IMG/VR virus record: IMGVR_UViG_3300025110_000022
Location: 1 to 49,528 of that record
DNA from: a virus
Lineage: Duplodnaviria; Caudoviricetes
Direction: 5' to 3' (one strand)
DNA: 49,528 nt
In this document: positions 16,629-26,000 of the stretch, piece after piece
How positions within the stretch are numbered: position 1 is the first letter of the stretch
Layout of the letters: each line of letters begins with the position of its first letter
Notes under the pieces: generated by a model
Seen by the model: only the letters and a program-made list of their open reading frames with translations
Told to the model about the DNA's origin: nothing
Database searches by the model: none
Made by a program: the position numbers and the translations under genes

Positions 16629-17348
16629 ATGCCTTTACCAAAAATTGCTACGCCAACCTATGAGTTGGAATTGCCTTCAAGTGGAGAAACAATTACATAT
16701 AGACCTTTCTTAGTTAAAGAAGAGAAACTTTTAGTACTTGCTATGGAAAGTGATGATACTAAGAGTATCACTAGAGCAATAAAAGAAGTTCTTAAGTCTT
16801 GTATTAAAACAAAAATCAAAGTAGATACCCTTCCTACATTTGATATTGAATACTTGTTCCTTAATATCAGAGGTAAGTCTGTTGGTGAGGAAGTTGAAGT
16901 TACTGTTACATGTCCTGATGATGGGAAGACAGAAGTAGATGTAACTATACCTATAGATAATATTCAAATTCAGAAGTCTGACGAACATACAAATACTATT
17001 AAACTTGATGATACTTTGTCCATGACAATGAAGTATCCTTCTTTGGATGAATTTATTGAAACTAATTTTGATGTTTCTTCTAAGGGTACTCAACTTGAAC
17101 AGTCATTTAGTTTGATTGGTTCTTGTATTGAAACTATCTACAGTGAAGAAGAGGCATGGCCTGCTTCTGATTCTACTAAGAAAGAAATCAATGAGTTTCT
17201 AGAGCAGTTAAGTTCAAGTCAGTTTCAAGACATTGAAAAGTTCTTTGAGACTATGCCTAAACTTTCTTACGATGTGGTTGTTACTAACCCCAAGACTAAG
17301 AAGAAGAATACTGTTGTATTGGAGGGACTAGCAAGTTTTTTCGGGTAG
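16629..17348 (+). CDS. gp26: Baseplate hub assembly protein (gp26-like)
   Basis: MPLPKI.TPTYEL.LPS, YRPFLVKEEK, FDIEYLFLNIRGKSVGE, LEGLASFF. Confidence 0.88.
   Translation: MPLPKIATPTYELELPSSGETITYRPFLVKEEKLLVLAMESDDTKSITRAIKEVLKSCIKTKIKVDTLPTFDIEYLFLNIRGKSVGEEVEVTVTCPDDGKTEVDVTIPIDNIQIQKSDEHTNTIKLDDTLSMTMKYPSLDEFIETNFDVSSKGTQLEQSFSLIGSCIETIYSEEEAWPASDSTKKEINEFLEQLSSSQFQDIEKFFETMPKLSYDVVVTNPKTKKKNTVVLEGLASFFG
17336..17342 (+). other. Candidate -1 ribosomal frameshift slippery heptamer T-TTT-TTC
   Basis: In-frame X-XXY-YYZ one codon (GGG) before the gp26-like TAG stop; the -1 frame is open into the gp51-like ORF. Confidence 0.55.
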
Positions 17349-17359
17349 CACTCTCCCAT

Positions 17360-17530
17360 ATGAATTTGGAGAGTTACTTTAGAATCAATTTTGCTTTGAT
17401 GCAGTACCATAAATACAGCTTGACGGAGATAGAAAATATGATGCCTTGGGAACGAGACATCTATGTAGAACTCCTTAAACAACACCTCGAAGAGGAACGA
17501 GAGAAGCAAAAGCAAAATGAATCTCGATGA
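17360..17530 (+). CDS. gp51: Baseplate hub assembly catalyst (gp51-like), 56 aa, absent from the ORF track
   Basis: MNLESYFRINFALMQYHKYSLTEIENMMPWERDIYVELLKQHLEEE. Confidence 0.85.
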   Translation: MNLESYFRINFALMQYHKYSLTEIENMMPWERDIYVELLKQHLEEEREKQKQNESR

Positions 17531-19394
17531 CTTAATTAGGAATACTAGAGAGGGTTTACCTGTTTCTCCTCAGGATGCTGCACGTCATCAGAAAAGAGTT
17601 AAAGCTAATAAGTTTTTTGATCTTACACAGGAAGTAAAGGTAGATGGAACTCTTGGTGGTAAGAAGTTATCAAATAAAGAAAGGATAAGAGGATTTAAAG
17701 CAGCAAGGGGTGGAGCAGACTCAGTAGATTGGAATAATTTTCTTGACCAAGTTGAGAATAGAAAAGAAGAAGCATCAGTAGGTAAAGGTACTAATATGCT
17801 TCCTGGAAGTGGGAAGGGAGGAGTGTTGGCGACTATTGCTACTGATGTTAAGAGTATACTTGGTATCATTAGTACACGTACTGATGTAGAAAAGGATGCT
17901 GCTGATGAATTGAAGCAAGAGGAAGAAAAAGATACTAGAAAGAGTAAGGAAGAAGGTAAGGAGAAGGATGCAAAGAAAGGAATGAAAGTTCCAGGTTTTA
18001 TTCAAAAAGCTGCAGCACCTATTACTAATATCTGGGGACAAATTGTAAAGACATTTGGAATTCTTCTTGCTGGTTGGGGTATTGGTAAGATATTTGATTG
18101 GTTAAGTGACCCTAAAAATAAGAAGGCAGTAGAAGAACTAAAAGAGTTTATAACAGTTGCTGCTCCTGCTGTTATTAAAGGTATCTTAGCACTGGTTGCT
18201 CTTGATATAGGAATTAAAGTAGTTAAATTTGGTGCGATGTTGGCAAAGGGAAGTCTAACATTGTTGACGGGGTTGGGGAATATGACTAGATCACTTATAA
18301 GTTGGGCAATTGCTAATCCCGTTGTAGCTGGTTCAATAGGATTAGGTGCTCTTCTTGTTGGTGGTGCAATAGTAGCACATAATCGGATAAAGAAAAATAG
18401 AGAATCATTTGATGAACAAGATGATGATAGTACTTTAACTGTAGACGAGTTTAGTGAGCAAGAGGATAAGAGTAAAGTTGATATCAAACCAGGTCAAGCA
18501 TATAGTGAAGTAGGAACTATGCCTGGTATGATGAATTTTAATACAGGTGGAGGAGTTCCTGGAACTGGTAACAGGGATAACGTTCCCGCCATGCTAACTC
18601 CTGGTGAGTTTGTGATGAGTAAGGGTGCAGTGCAGAAGTATGGTACTAGTACTCTTGCTGGAATGAATGCTATGGGTGGGGGTACTAACTTACCTAAGAA
18701 AAAGAGTGGTGTATTTTATGCTTCTGGTGGTGGTTTGGTAGATGATGTAGCAAAACCAATGATTAAACAACATGAAGGTTTGAGACTGCAAAAGTATAAT
18801 GATAGTATGGGATTCCCAACTATTGGTTATGGACATTTAATTGATAAGAATGATGTTATTGGTGGAACTATTACACAATCACAGGCTGATTCATTATTTG
18901 ATATGGATTATCAGCATCATAAAGATGCAGCAATGAAGATACCTGGATATGCTAATGCTAATATTAAACAGAAAGCAGCATTGATTGATTTGACATTTAA
19001 TATGGGTCCAGGATGGGTAGATGGATTTCCTAAGTTTAAGAAAGCATTTTCTTCTGGTAATTATGATGCTGCAGCAAATGAACTTATTAATAGTAATTGG
19101 TATGGGCAAGTTAAGACTAGAGGTCCTGCTATTGTTGATTTGATACGTAGTAAAGGAGCAGTAAGTGGAAAGGGAATAGGTAGTATTGATAAGACTGCTA
19201 CTCAATTAATTAATAGTGTACCAGGTGGTGGTAGTGGATCTGGTGGTGTAAGTATTGTTCCCGTACCTTCTGGTGGGTCTTCAGGTGGGTCTTCAGGTGG
19301 GTCTTCAAATAGTGGTGAATCTTTATTTTCTCCTCTTGATCCTGATAATCTTTCTACTTTGATAATGAAATCCATGTATAGTATCTTAGATTAA
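17517..19394 (+). CDS. Tape-measure-like virion protein with a C-terminal phage lysozyme (GH24) domain
   Basis: Amphipathic/TM helical region, GGGVPG..DNVPAMLTPGEFV motif, HEGLRL..Y.D..G.PTIGYGH catalytic E/D/T pattern. Confidence 0.8.
   Translation: MNLDDLIRNTREGLPVSPQDAARHQKRVKANKFFDLTQEVKVDGTLGGKKLSNKERIRGFKAARGGADSVDWNNFLDQVENRKEEASVGKGTNMLPGSGKGGVLATIATDVKSILGIISTRTDVEKDAADELKQEEEKDTRKSKEEGKEKDAKKGMKVPGFIQKAAAPITNIWGQIVKTFGILLAGWGIGKIFDWLSDPKNKKAVEELKEFITVAAPAVIKGILALVALDIGIKVVKFGAMLAKGSLTLLTGLGNMTRSLISWAIANPVVAGSIGLGALLVGGAIVAHNRIKKNRESFDEQDDDSTLTVDEFSEQEDKSKVDIKPGQAYSEVGTMPGMMNFNTGGGVPGTGNRDNVPAMLTPGEFVMSKGAVQKYGTSTLAGMNAMGGGTNLPKKKSGVFYASGGGLVDDVAKPMIKQHEGLRLQKYNDSMGFPTIGYGHLIDKNDVIGGTITQSQADSLFDMDYQHHKDAAMKIPGYANANIKQKAALIDLTFNMGPGWVDGFPKFKKAFSSGNYDAAANELINSNWYGQVKTRGPAIVDLIRSKGAVSGKGIGSIDKTATQLINSVPGGGSGSGGVSIVPVPSGGSSGGSSGGSSNSGESLFSPLDPDNLSTLIMKSMYSILD
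19272..19307 (+). repeat. 12-nt tandem repeat x3 (GGSS linker)
   Basis: (GGTGGGTCTTCA)3. Confidence 0.9.
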
Positions 19395-21406
19395 TGGTAG
19401 GATTACTTGCTGGTGCTGCTAAAGGGTTACTTAAGAAACCCAAGAAGGTTGATCCAAAGAAATTTGCTGGCAAGATGGAGGAGGCTAAGGCATCCTCTAA
19501 AGCAAAAGGAGGTGCCTTAGCAATAAGACCTGTAGAATCTATTGTCAAAGTTGTAGATATAAAACCTAAAGATGCTAAAGTAAAAGCAAAGGGTGGACCT
19601 CTTGCTGAGATACAAGAAGGTGTTCATGCAATTGTTCTAGCACTTAAGGGTGAACAAGACGCAAAGAAGAACAGAGCAGTAGCACAAAGAAAGAAGAACC
19701 AGAAAAAGAAAAGGTTAAATTTAGAAGCCTTATCTGAACTTGGTAAGACTGTTGGTAATGTTGCTGGTGGACTTGCATCTGCCACTGGAATAAAATCTTT
19801 ATGGGGTGCTATTTGGAAGACACTTGGGTTATTATTTGCTGGATGGGCGATGAACTTTCTCCCACAGATATTAGAGTTTGTTAAGAAGTTTGTTGATATT
19901 GCTACGAAGGTTATAAAAGTTGCTGCACCTATTTTTAAAGCAATATGGAGTACCTTTACATGGATAACAGATAAAGGTTTTAAACTTCTTGCAATGGTGT
20001 CAGGTATTAAACCTGAAGAGGCATTAGATAATAGTATTATTAAGAACTTCACTGAGATACAGAAGAGGATACCTCTTATTGAAGCAGCATTTGCATGGTT
20101 TGCTATACTTAAATTAAAGAAATCGTTTGGTGGTGGTGGTGGCCCAAGAAGAGGAATAGTAAATACACTAAAAAGAACTAAAAAATTAATTCAAAGAAGA
20201 TTTTTTGATCCAAAACGGGCTCAAAAATTAGACAGAGTGAAAAATATTAAAAAACTTAAACTAGAAAAAGCAGATAAAGTTGATGATGTAGTAAAAAATG
20301 TAGGAAAATCTAAGTGGTTTGGTAAACTAAAAGGTGCTGGTAAAACTCTTTGGACTAAAGCTGGACAAGCTAAAGATTTCTTAGGAAAGCAAGGTAAAAG
20401 TTTTCTGAATTGGGCAGATGACTTTGGTAAAAAGTTCATGGCAAGTGCTGATGAGATTATTAAGGGTGCTATGGCTCAAGGCCAAAAATGGGCAACACAA
20501 ATAGGTGATATTGGAGAGATGGCTAAAAATCCTATGAAGTTGGTGGAGAAAGTAAAGTCCGTATTAGGTGGTCAGTTAGATGATGTTGTAAAACAAAATA
20601 AAACTGTTGCTAAACTTGTTAATCTTGCAAAGAATCCTAAAGAGATAACCAAAGGTATTAAGGGATTACTTAATAATGCAAAGAAGAGTAAGGGATTATT
20701 ACAATTAAGGCAAGGTCTTAAGGGTGCTCAGAAGATGAAGATTGGTGGTATTGATAAAGTCATTGCTGCTATTATGGGTCTTCTTGATTATACAGTATTC
20801 AAGGAGTCTCCAATTAATGCAATTCTTAGAGCACTTGGTGGATTGTTAGGATATACTGCAGGTTTTGCTATTGGTGCTCCGTTTGGTGGTGCTCCTGGAT
20901 TTATTACTGGTATGGCAGGTGGGTTTGTTGGAGAAAAGGCTGCGATGTTGATTGCAAAGGGACTTGCTAAAACTGAATTAGGACAGATACAAGATCCTAT
21001 TATGAATGATGGTAGAATGCTTGTAAGAGATCCTGATGATGCTGGAATGAATGAGGAACTTGATGCAGCACAGTTGGAACATGGACTGGGTGATGATGAG
21101 AAATTTAATGCATTGGAAGAAGAATCATTGAAAGAAGAAAGTGAATCTACTTCGGATGCATTGAAACCTAATGGAAATGCTGCTAAAGAGAAATCTAAAG
21201 ATGCTTCACTCATCAGTAAGTCAGCATCATATGATGAGAATGGTGGTAAGTCTACTATTATTCCTGTTCCTATTGGTGAAATGCAAGGTGGTTCATCTAG
21301 TGGTGGTAAGACTTCAGTTAGTAGTAGTGATAGTAGTGTAAATAAGTATGAGACTGTAAATGAACTCAAGAAATCTCAGGTTCTTTCTAAACACTATTCT
21401 GATTGA
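19394..21406 (+). CDS. Second tape-measure-like / ejected virion protein
   Basis: Lys/Gly/Ala-rich helical protein with hydrophobic and glycine-zipper segments; architecture parallels the preceding gene. Confidence 0.6.
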   Translation: MVGLLAGAAKGLLKKPKKVDPKKFAGKMEEAKASSKAKGGALAIRPVESIVKVVDIKPKDAKVKAKGGPLAEIQEGVHAIVLALKGEQDAKKNRAVAQRKKNQKKKRLNLEALSELGKTVGNVAGGLASATGIKSLWGAIWKTLGLLFAGWAMNFLPQILEFVKKFVDIATKVIKVAAPIFKAIWSTFTWITDKGFKLLAMVSGIKPEEALDNSIIKNFTEIQKRIPLIEAAFAWFAILKLKKSFGGGGGPRRGIVNTLKRTKKLIQRRFFDPKRAQKLDRVKNIKKLKLEKADKVDDVVKNVGKSKWFGKLKGAGKTLWTKAGQAKDFLGKQGKSFLNWADDFGKKFMASADEIIKGAMAQGQKWATQIGDIGEMAKNPMKLVEKVKSVLGGQLDDVVKQNKTVAKLVNLAKNPKEITKGIKGLLNNAKKSKGLLQLRQGLKGAQKMKIGGIDKVIAAIMGLLDYTVFKESPINAILRALGGLLGYTAGFAIGAPFGGAPGFITGMAGGFVGEKAAMLIAKGLAKTELGQIQDPIMNDGRMLVRDPDDAGMNEELDAAQLEHGLGDDEKFNALEEESLKEESESTSDALKPNGNAAKEKSKDASLISKSASYDENGGKSTIIPVPIGEMQGGSSSGGKTSVSSSDSSVNKYETVNELKKSQVLSKHYSD

Positions 21407-22743
21407 TGGCAACCAAAAAAGAAAAAAGCACGTTCAAAGAACTGTCTATATCAAACCCCAGAACAGATGCAGCTGCAGATCTGAAATCAGGTCTTATCGA
21501 ATTAAGATACTATGAAAGTATTCTTTCTAATCATGTTACCTCAACGATGGTGTTAGGAGATACTGGTAATACTATAGGGCAAGGAAAGAATAGAAAGGAT
21601 CTTTTAAATGGACTACCAGTTAGAGGTGGTGAACCAGTAAGAATAAGAGTATTAGATAAAAATGATAATGAGTTAAAGTTTGTTGGAAAAGACGGTGCTT
21701 TTTATGTCAATAGAATAAAGAATGTTCTTACAGATACTAGAAAGACATTGATGCAGTTTGATCTTTGTACTAAAGAGTTTATTGGTAATGAACAAGTAAG
21801 AGTTCAGAAAAGATATAGTGGGAAGATATCTGAGTCAGTTAAAAAGATTTTAAAGGATGTTCTTAAGACTAATAAACCTCAGGATATAGAAGAGGTTGCT
21901 AATTCTTATAATTTCATTGGTAATTTAAAGAAACCATTTTACACTTTAACTTGGTTGGCTTCTAAATCCATACCATCTGATGGTGCTTATGGAAAAACTG
22001 CTGGATTCTTTTTCTTTGAAACAAAGGATGGGTATCAATTTAAGTCCATTGATTCTTTAATAGGTCCTACTAAGGGTGGTGGTAATGCAGACTTAAAGTA
22101 TAAAAAGTTTTTTGAGTTTACTAATCTTCCTGATACAAGGGAAGGGTTTGGTAAGATACTACAGTACAATGTGAATAGAAACATTGACTTACAAGAGAAA
22201 CTTGTTATCGGTGCATATAATGCGAGGTTTACTTTCTTTAATCCATATACATTTCATGTTAATCATAAAGATATATCAATGGATAAAGATCAAGCAAAGG
22301 GTAAGGTAGTAACAGCAGGAACTCAATTAGATTTTGTTGCACCAGAGTTTACTCAATCAATTACAAGAGGATTTAGTGCTGTCCTTGATGTGGGAACCCT
22401 ACCAGTAGGTAAAGATGCTGAAGAGCAGGTTGACAATTGGAAGGAAAAAAAGGATGAGATTAATGATAGAGTAACTGATAGAATGATACAAGCAGTCACT
22501 AGATATAATCAGATATTTTCCATTAGTGTTGATATCATGATAGATGGTGACTTTTCACTTAAGGCCGGTGATACAATATACTGTGAGTTTCCTGATCTCT
22601 CTGCTCAAACTAAGAGACCTAGTAAAGAAACTAGTGGACTGTACTTAATTGCCAGTCTATGTCACAAAATCACCCCTTCTCAAACCTATACATCATTGAA
22701 TTTAATTCGTGATTCTTTTGGTGCAAAGAAAGGGGTTAAATAA
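21406..22743 (+). CDS. Baseplate hub protein (gp27/late control D-like)
   Basis: YYESI, LPVRGGE, FFFFETKDGYQFKSID, GDFSLKAGD, SGLYLI..LCH...T.L.L.RDS. Confidence 0.7.
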   Translation: MATKKEKSTFKELSISNPRTDAAADLKSGLIELRYYESILSNHVTSTMVLGDTGNTIGQGKNRKDLLNGLPVRGGEPVRIRVLDKNDNELKFVGKDGAFYVNRIKNVLTDTRKTLMQFDLCTKEFIGNEQVRVQKRYSGKISESVKKILKDVLKTNKPQDIEEVANSYNFIGNLKKPFYTLTWLASKSIPSDGAYGKTAGFFFFETKDGYQFKSIDSLIGPTKGGGNADLKYKKFFEFTNLPDTREGFGKILQYNVNRNIDLQEKLVIGAYNARFTFFNPYTFHVNHKDISMDKDQAKGKVVTAGTQLDFVAPEFTQSITRGFSAVLDVGTLPVGKDAEEQVDNWKEKKDEINDRVTDRMIQAVTRYNQIFSISVDIMIDGDFSLKAGDTIYCEFPDLSAQTKRPSKETSGLYLIASLCHKITPSQTYTSLNLIRDSFGAKKGVK

Positions 22744-22761
22744 CACAGGAGGAATTGAACT

Positions 22762-23031
22762 ATGACTACTAAGACACCTGACCACGACCTAAACCACGAG
22801 GTCTACATTGATCCTAAAGATCATAAGGAGCATATCAATCATGGTATGATTGAATACTCTGAAGCAGATTTAGAGATGCATAATGATGCATTTCATGATC
22901 ATACTGAAGATGAAGTAGATAAGAATGATGCTAAGATTAATGATTGGCACACACGCCATGAAGATAAGCACTTAGAAGTGTATTGTGACAACCATCCAGA
23001 TTCATTAGAATGTAGAGTTTACGACGATTAA
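22762..23031 (+). CDS. cp12: CP12-family Calvin cycle inhibitor with a His-rich N-terminus
   Basis: C-terminal LEVYCDNHPDSLECRVYDD is the CP12 C-terminal motif; AGGAGG SD. Confidence 0.85.
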   Translation: MTTKTPDHDLNHEVYIDPKDHKEHINHGMIEYSEADLEMHNDAFHDHTEDEVDKNDAKINDWHTRHEDKHLEVYCDNHPDSLECRVYDD

Positions 23032-26000
23032 TGATTGACGAATCGCTGGCAAAGAAATATAGTATAGGACAAGACGGATTCACATGGTGGCTTGGACAAG
23101 TCTGTGAATCCGAAACTTGGTTAGCCAATTATCCTGATCTACCTAGAAAAGAAAAGAATGAATTACCTGGATTTAAGAGAAGGGTAAAGGTTTCTATTTT
23201 AGGGTGGCATAGTACTGATAAGAATGAGTTAAAGAATGAAGAATTACCTTGGGCATATTGTCTACTACCAGTAACTGCTGGTGGTGGGTTTGGTGGCTTG
23301 GGAGAGTCGGTGAATCTTAGTGGTGGTGAGTGGGTCTTTGGATTCTTTTTAGATGGAAGTGATGGTCAGCAACCAATAATTTTAGGTATATTAGATAAGT
23401 CAACACAAGAAGATTATAGAAATGAGATTCCAGGAGAAAGGTATGAACCTTTTAGTGGATATACTAATAAGAGAGTAGTACCTCTTGAGAATATTAAAAC
23501 AGATGATGCAGTTGAAAAAGAGGCTGTAGGTGAAGCGGATGTTTCAGAAGGTGATACTGGAGTTAAGAGAACAAAGACTAATCCAAAAGAATGTACATGG
23601 ATTGAACAAGGTTCGGGTGGAGAGACATATGTTAAATCAAATGTAACAAATGTTGATAATCTTAAGGCCACTGGAGATATGCTAAGAGCTGATAACTCTG
23701 AGTGTAGCAATCCTATGGCATTTGCTGATCGTGCAATGAAACGATTATCAAACCTTAAGACATTGCATAAGAAGTATGATGGATATATGATTGATAAGGG
23801 AATGAATATGATAAGTGATGATTTAATGAAACTGGAAGAAGAGTATTGTGCCGATGCTGTAGCAACTTCTCAGGGATTAATACAGTCTAAGGTAGAAGCA
23901 AAGACTTTAGAAGCAGCATCTAAAACGATGTCAAAGGTTGCAATGTTTGCACCATTAAGTGAGATGGTAAAGGCAAATGTTGCTAATGAAGAAGCATCAA
24001 ATCAGATTATTACAGAATTTAATAAGATAAAGTCTAAGTTGCCTTCAGAGTCTATGGGCTTTGTTAAAGAGATGGCTTCTAAAATTATAAGTCAACCACC
24101 ATGTGTAGTTGAATCTTATATGGGTAGTCTGACTGGTAAGTCTTTGGGTAGTATAGATGCAAATATGAATAAGATGATGGGGTCAGTTAATAATGTTATT
24201 TCTTCTATTGATAAGTTGGGTAGTCTTTCCAAGATGGGATTGGGTTCCGCAGGATCTCTTGGAAGTATGCTTAGTGAAGGGTTGAATGCTTTTGGTGGTA
24301 TCTCTATTGATATGGATGGTATATCTAAGTTTACTACTTCTTATAAGAAATTGTTACCTGGTGAAACATCTCTTCCATGTCCAAAAGGTGTGGACTTTAA
24401 TATGTTAGATGGAGGTGCTCCTATTCCACCTTCACAAACTAAGTTAGGAAATATGCTGGAGAATGTTGCTTCTAGTGTGGCAGCAGCAGGACAATTAGAT
24501 GCAGGGATTGGTAATTTTATGAAGAATAATAGTCTTTTCAGCACTGCTCTTACTCTTGATAATGTGAGTCTGGGGGATGTAGGTGGAATGGGAGGACTTA
24601 CAGACGTATTAGATAAAGCAAAGAACTTAGATGGTTTTAAGAATTTACCAGGAACAACAGGTGAGTCTATAATTGAAGCAACTAAAAGTTTATTAGGTGG
24701 TGGAGGGAGTGTTGATTCTGCTATAATTGCTGCTAATACTTTATTCCCTGGTGGTGGAGATGTAGTTAAAGCAGCATTTAGTGATCAACTTCAAGGACAA
24801 AGATCTCCTGGTAATTCTTGCGAGACAGGACCTACTTTAAATGGTCCACCTTTAGTTAAAATATTTGGTGGGTCTGGTAATGGATGTACTGCTAATGCTG
24901 TTATAGGACCTAATGGAAATATACTTGCTATTGATGTAACAAGAGGAGGTAAGGGGTTTAATGAAGTTCCTTTTGTTGCTGTTGTTGATAGTAGTGGGAA
25001 AGGTTCAGGATCAATTGTTAAAGCTAGTGTTGGTTATGGAGGGTCTATTACTGACATAAGTGTAGTAAGTCCTGGATTTGGATACACAAGCACCCCTGAT
25101 GGTGGAGTAGGAGGCAATGGTAGAACATTTGCAGAAGGTGATGGTACAGTATTAAAAGATAGAGAGGGAAATTATTATTCATTCGTTCCAGGTACTGGTA
25201 TTAAAATACCACCAGGAGGTACTGTTTATCTTCCTACTGGATCTAAGGTTGAACTACCTACTAGTGCTCTTACAACTGATGGAAATCCTGTATTTGATTC
25301 TAACCAAAAGGAACCAGGTAAGATTAAGTCGGTTCAAGTTAATTTAAGAAAAGCATTTAAGGGGTTTGGAAAGGTAACAGATGGTTCAGTTGAGGGTGCT
25401 GGTCCTATTCTTAGTATTCGTGATGCTGTAACTGATAGAAAGATTAGTAATCTTATTGAGGTACAGACAGGTAGACCGTTCAATATTGATTATGTAAAAC
25501 CTGATATATTAAAAGAATATAGTAAGAAAAATATACTTGCTAAAGAAGGAAGGACAGAAGAATTTGAAGAACTAACAAGTTTTGGTGTAAAAGGAGTTGA
25601 TCCAAAGTCAACTGATGAAGAATGGGTGAAACAACAGTATCATTTTTTATTCTGTAGAGAACCTGATGCTGGTGGATATAGGCATTGGTTGGGTGATCTT
25701 AAGAAGGGAGCAACTAGAGCACAAGTTCTAAGAAATATGAAGATTGCTACAACAGAATATGAAGATCGTCAAGCAAAGATTAAGTCAGGTGAAGTTGATC
25801 CTGAAAAATGTAAGTTTAGGTGGAGAAAGGTAAAGAGAGATATTCCACCAGTTATAAACAATTATAGTATTTTAGATCCTTGGATAGCAAATCTTGCAGC
25901 AGGTACTATTCTTACCTTCAGAGGAGTTTATAATCATCATGAACCACTGACTGCAGCACAACTAGAAGATCCTTATGATTTAACTAGAGGTAACTATAGA

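Noticed and set aside
17267-17515. 82-aa minus-strand ORF between gp26 and the tape-measure-like gene
   Set aside because: The + strand gp51-like ORF (17360..17530) explains this region.
17588-21369. Several long minus-strand ORFs (e.g. 18002..18487, 20788..21369)
   Set aside because: Shadow frames antisense to well-supported genes, with Ser/Leu/Phe-biased composition.
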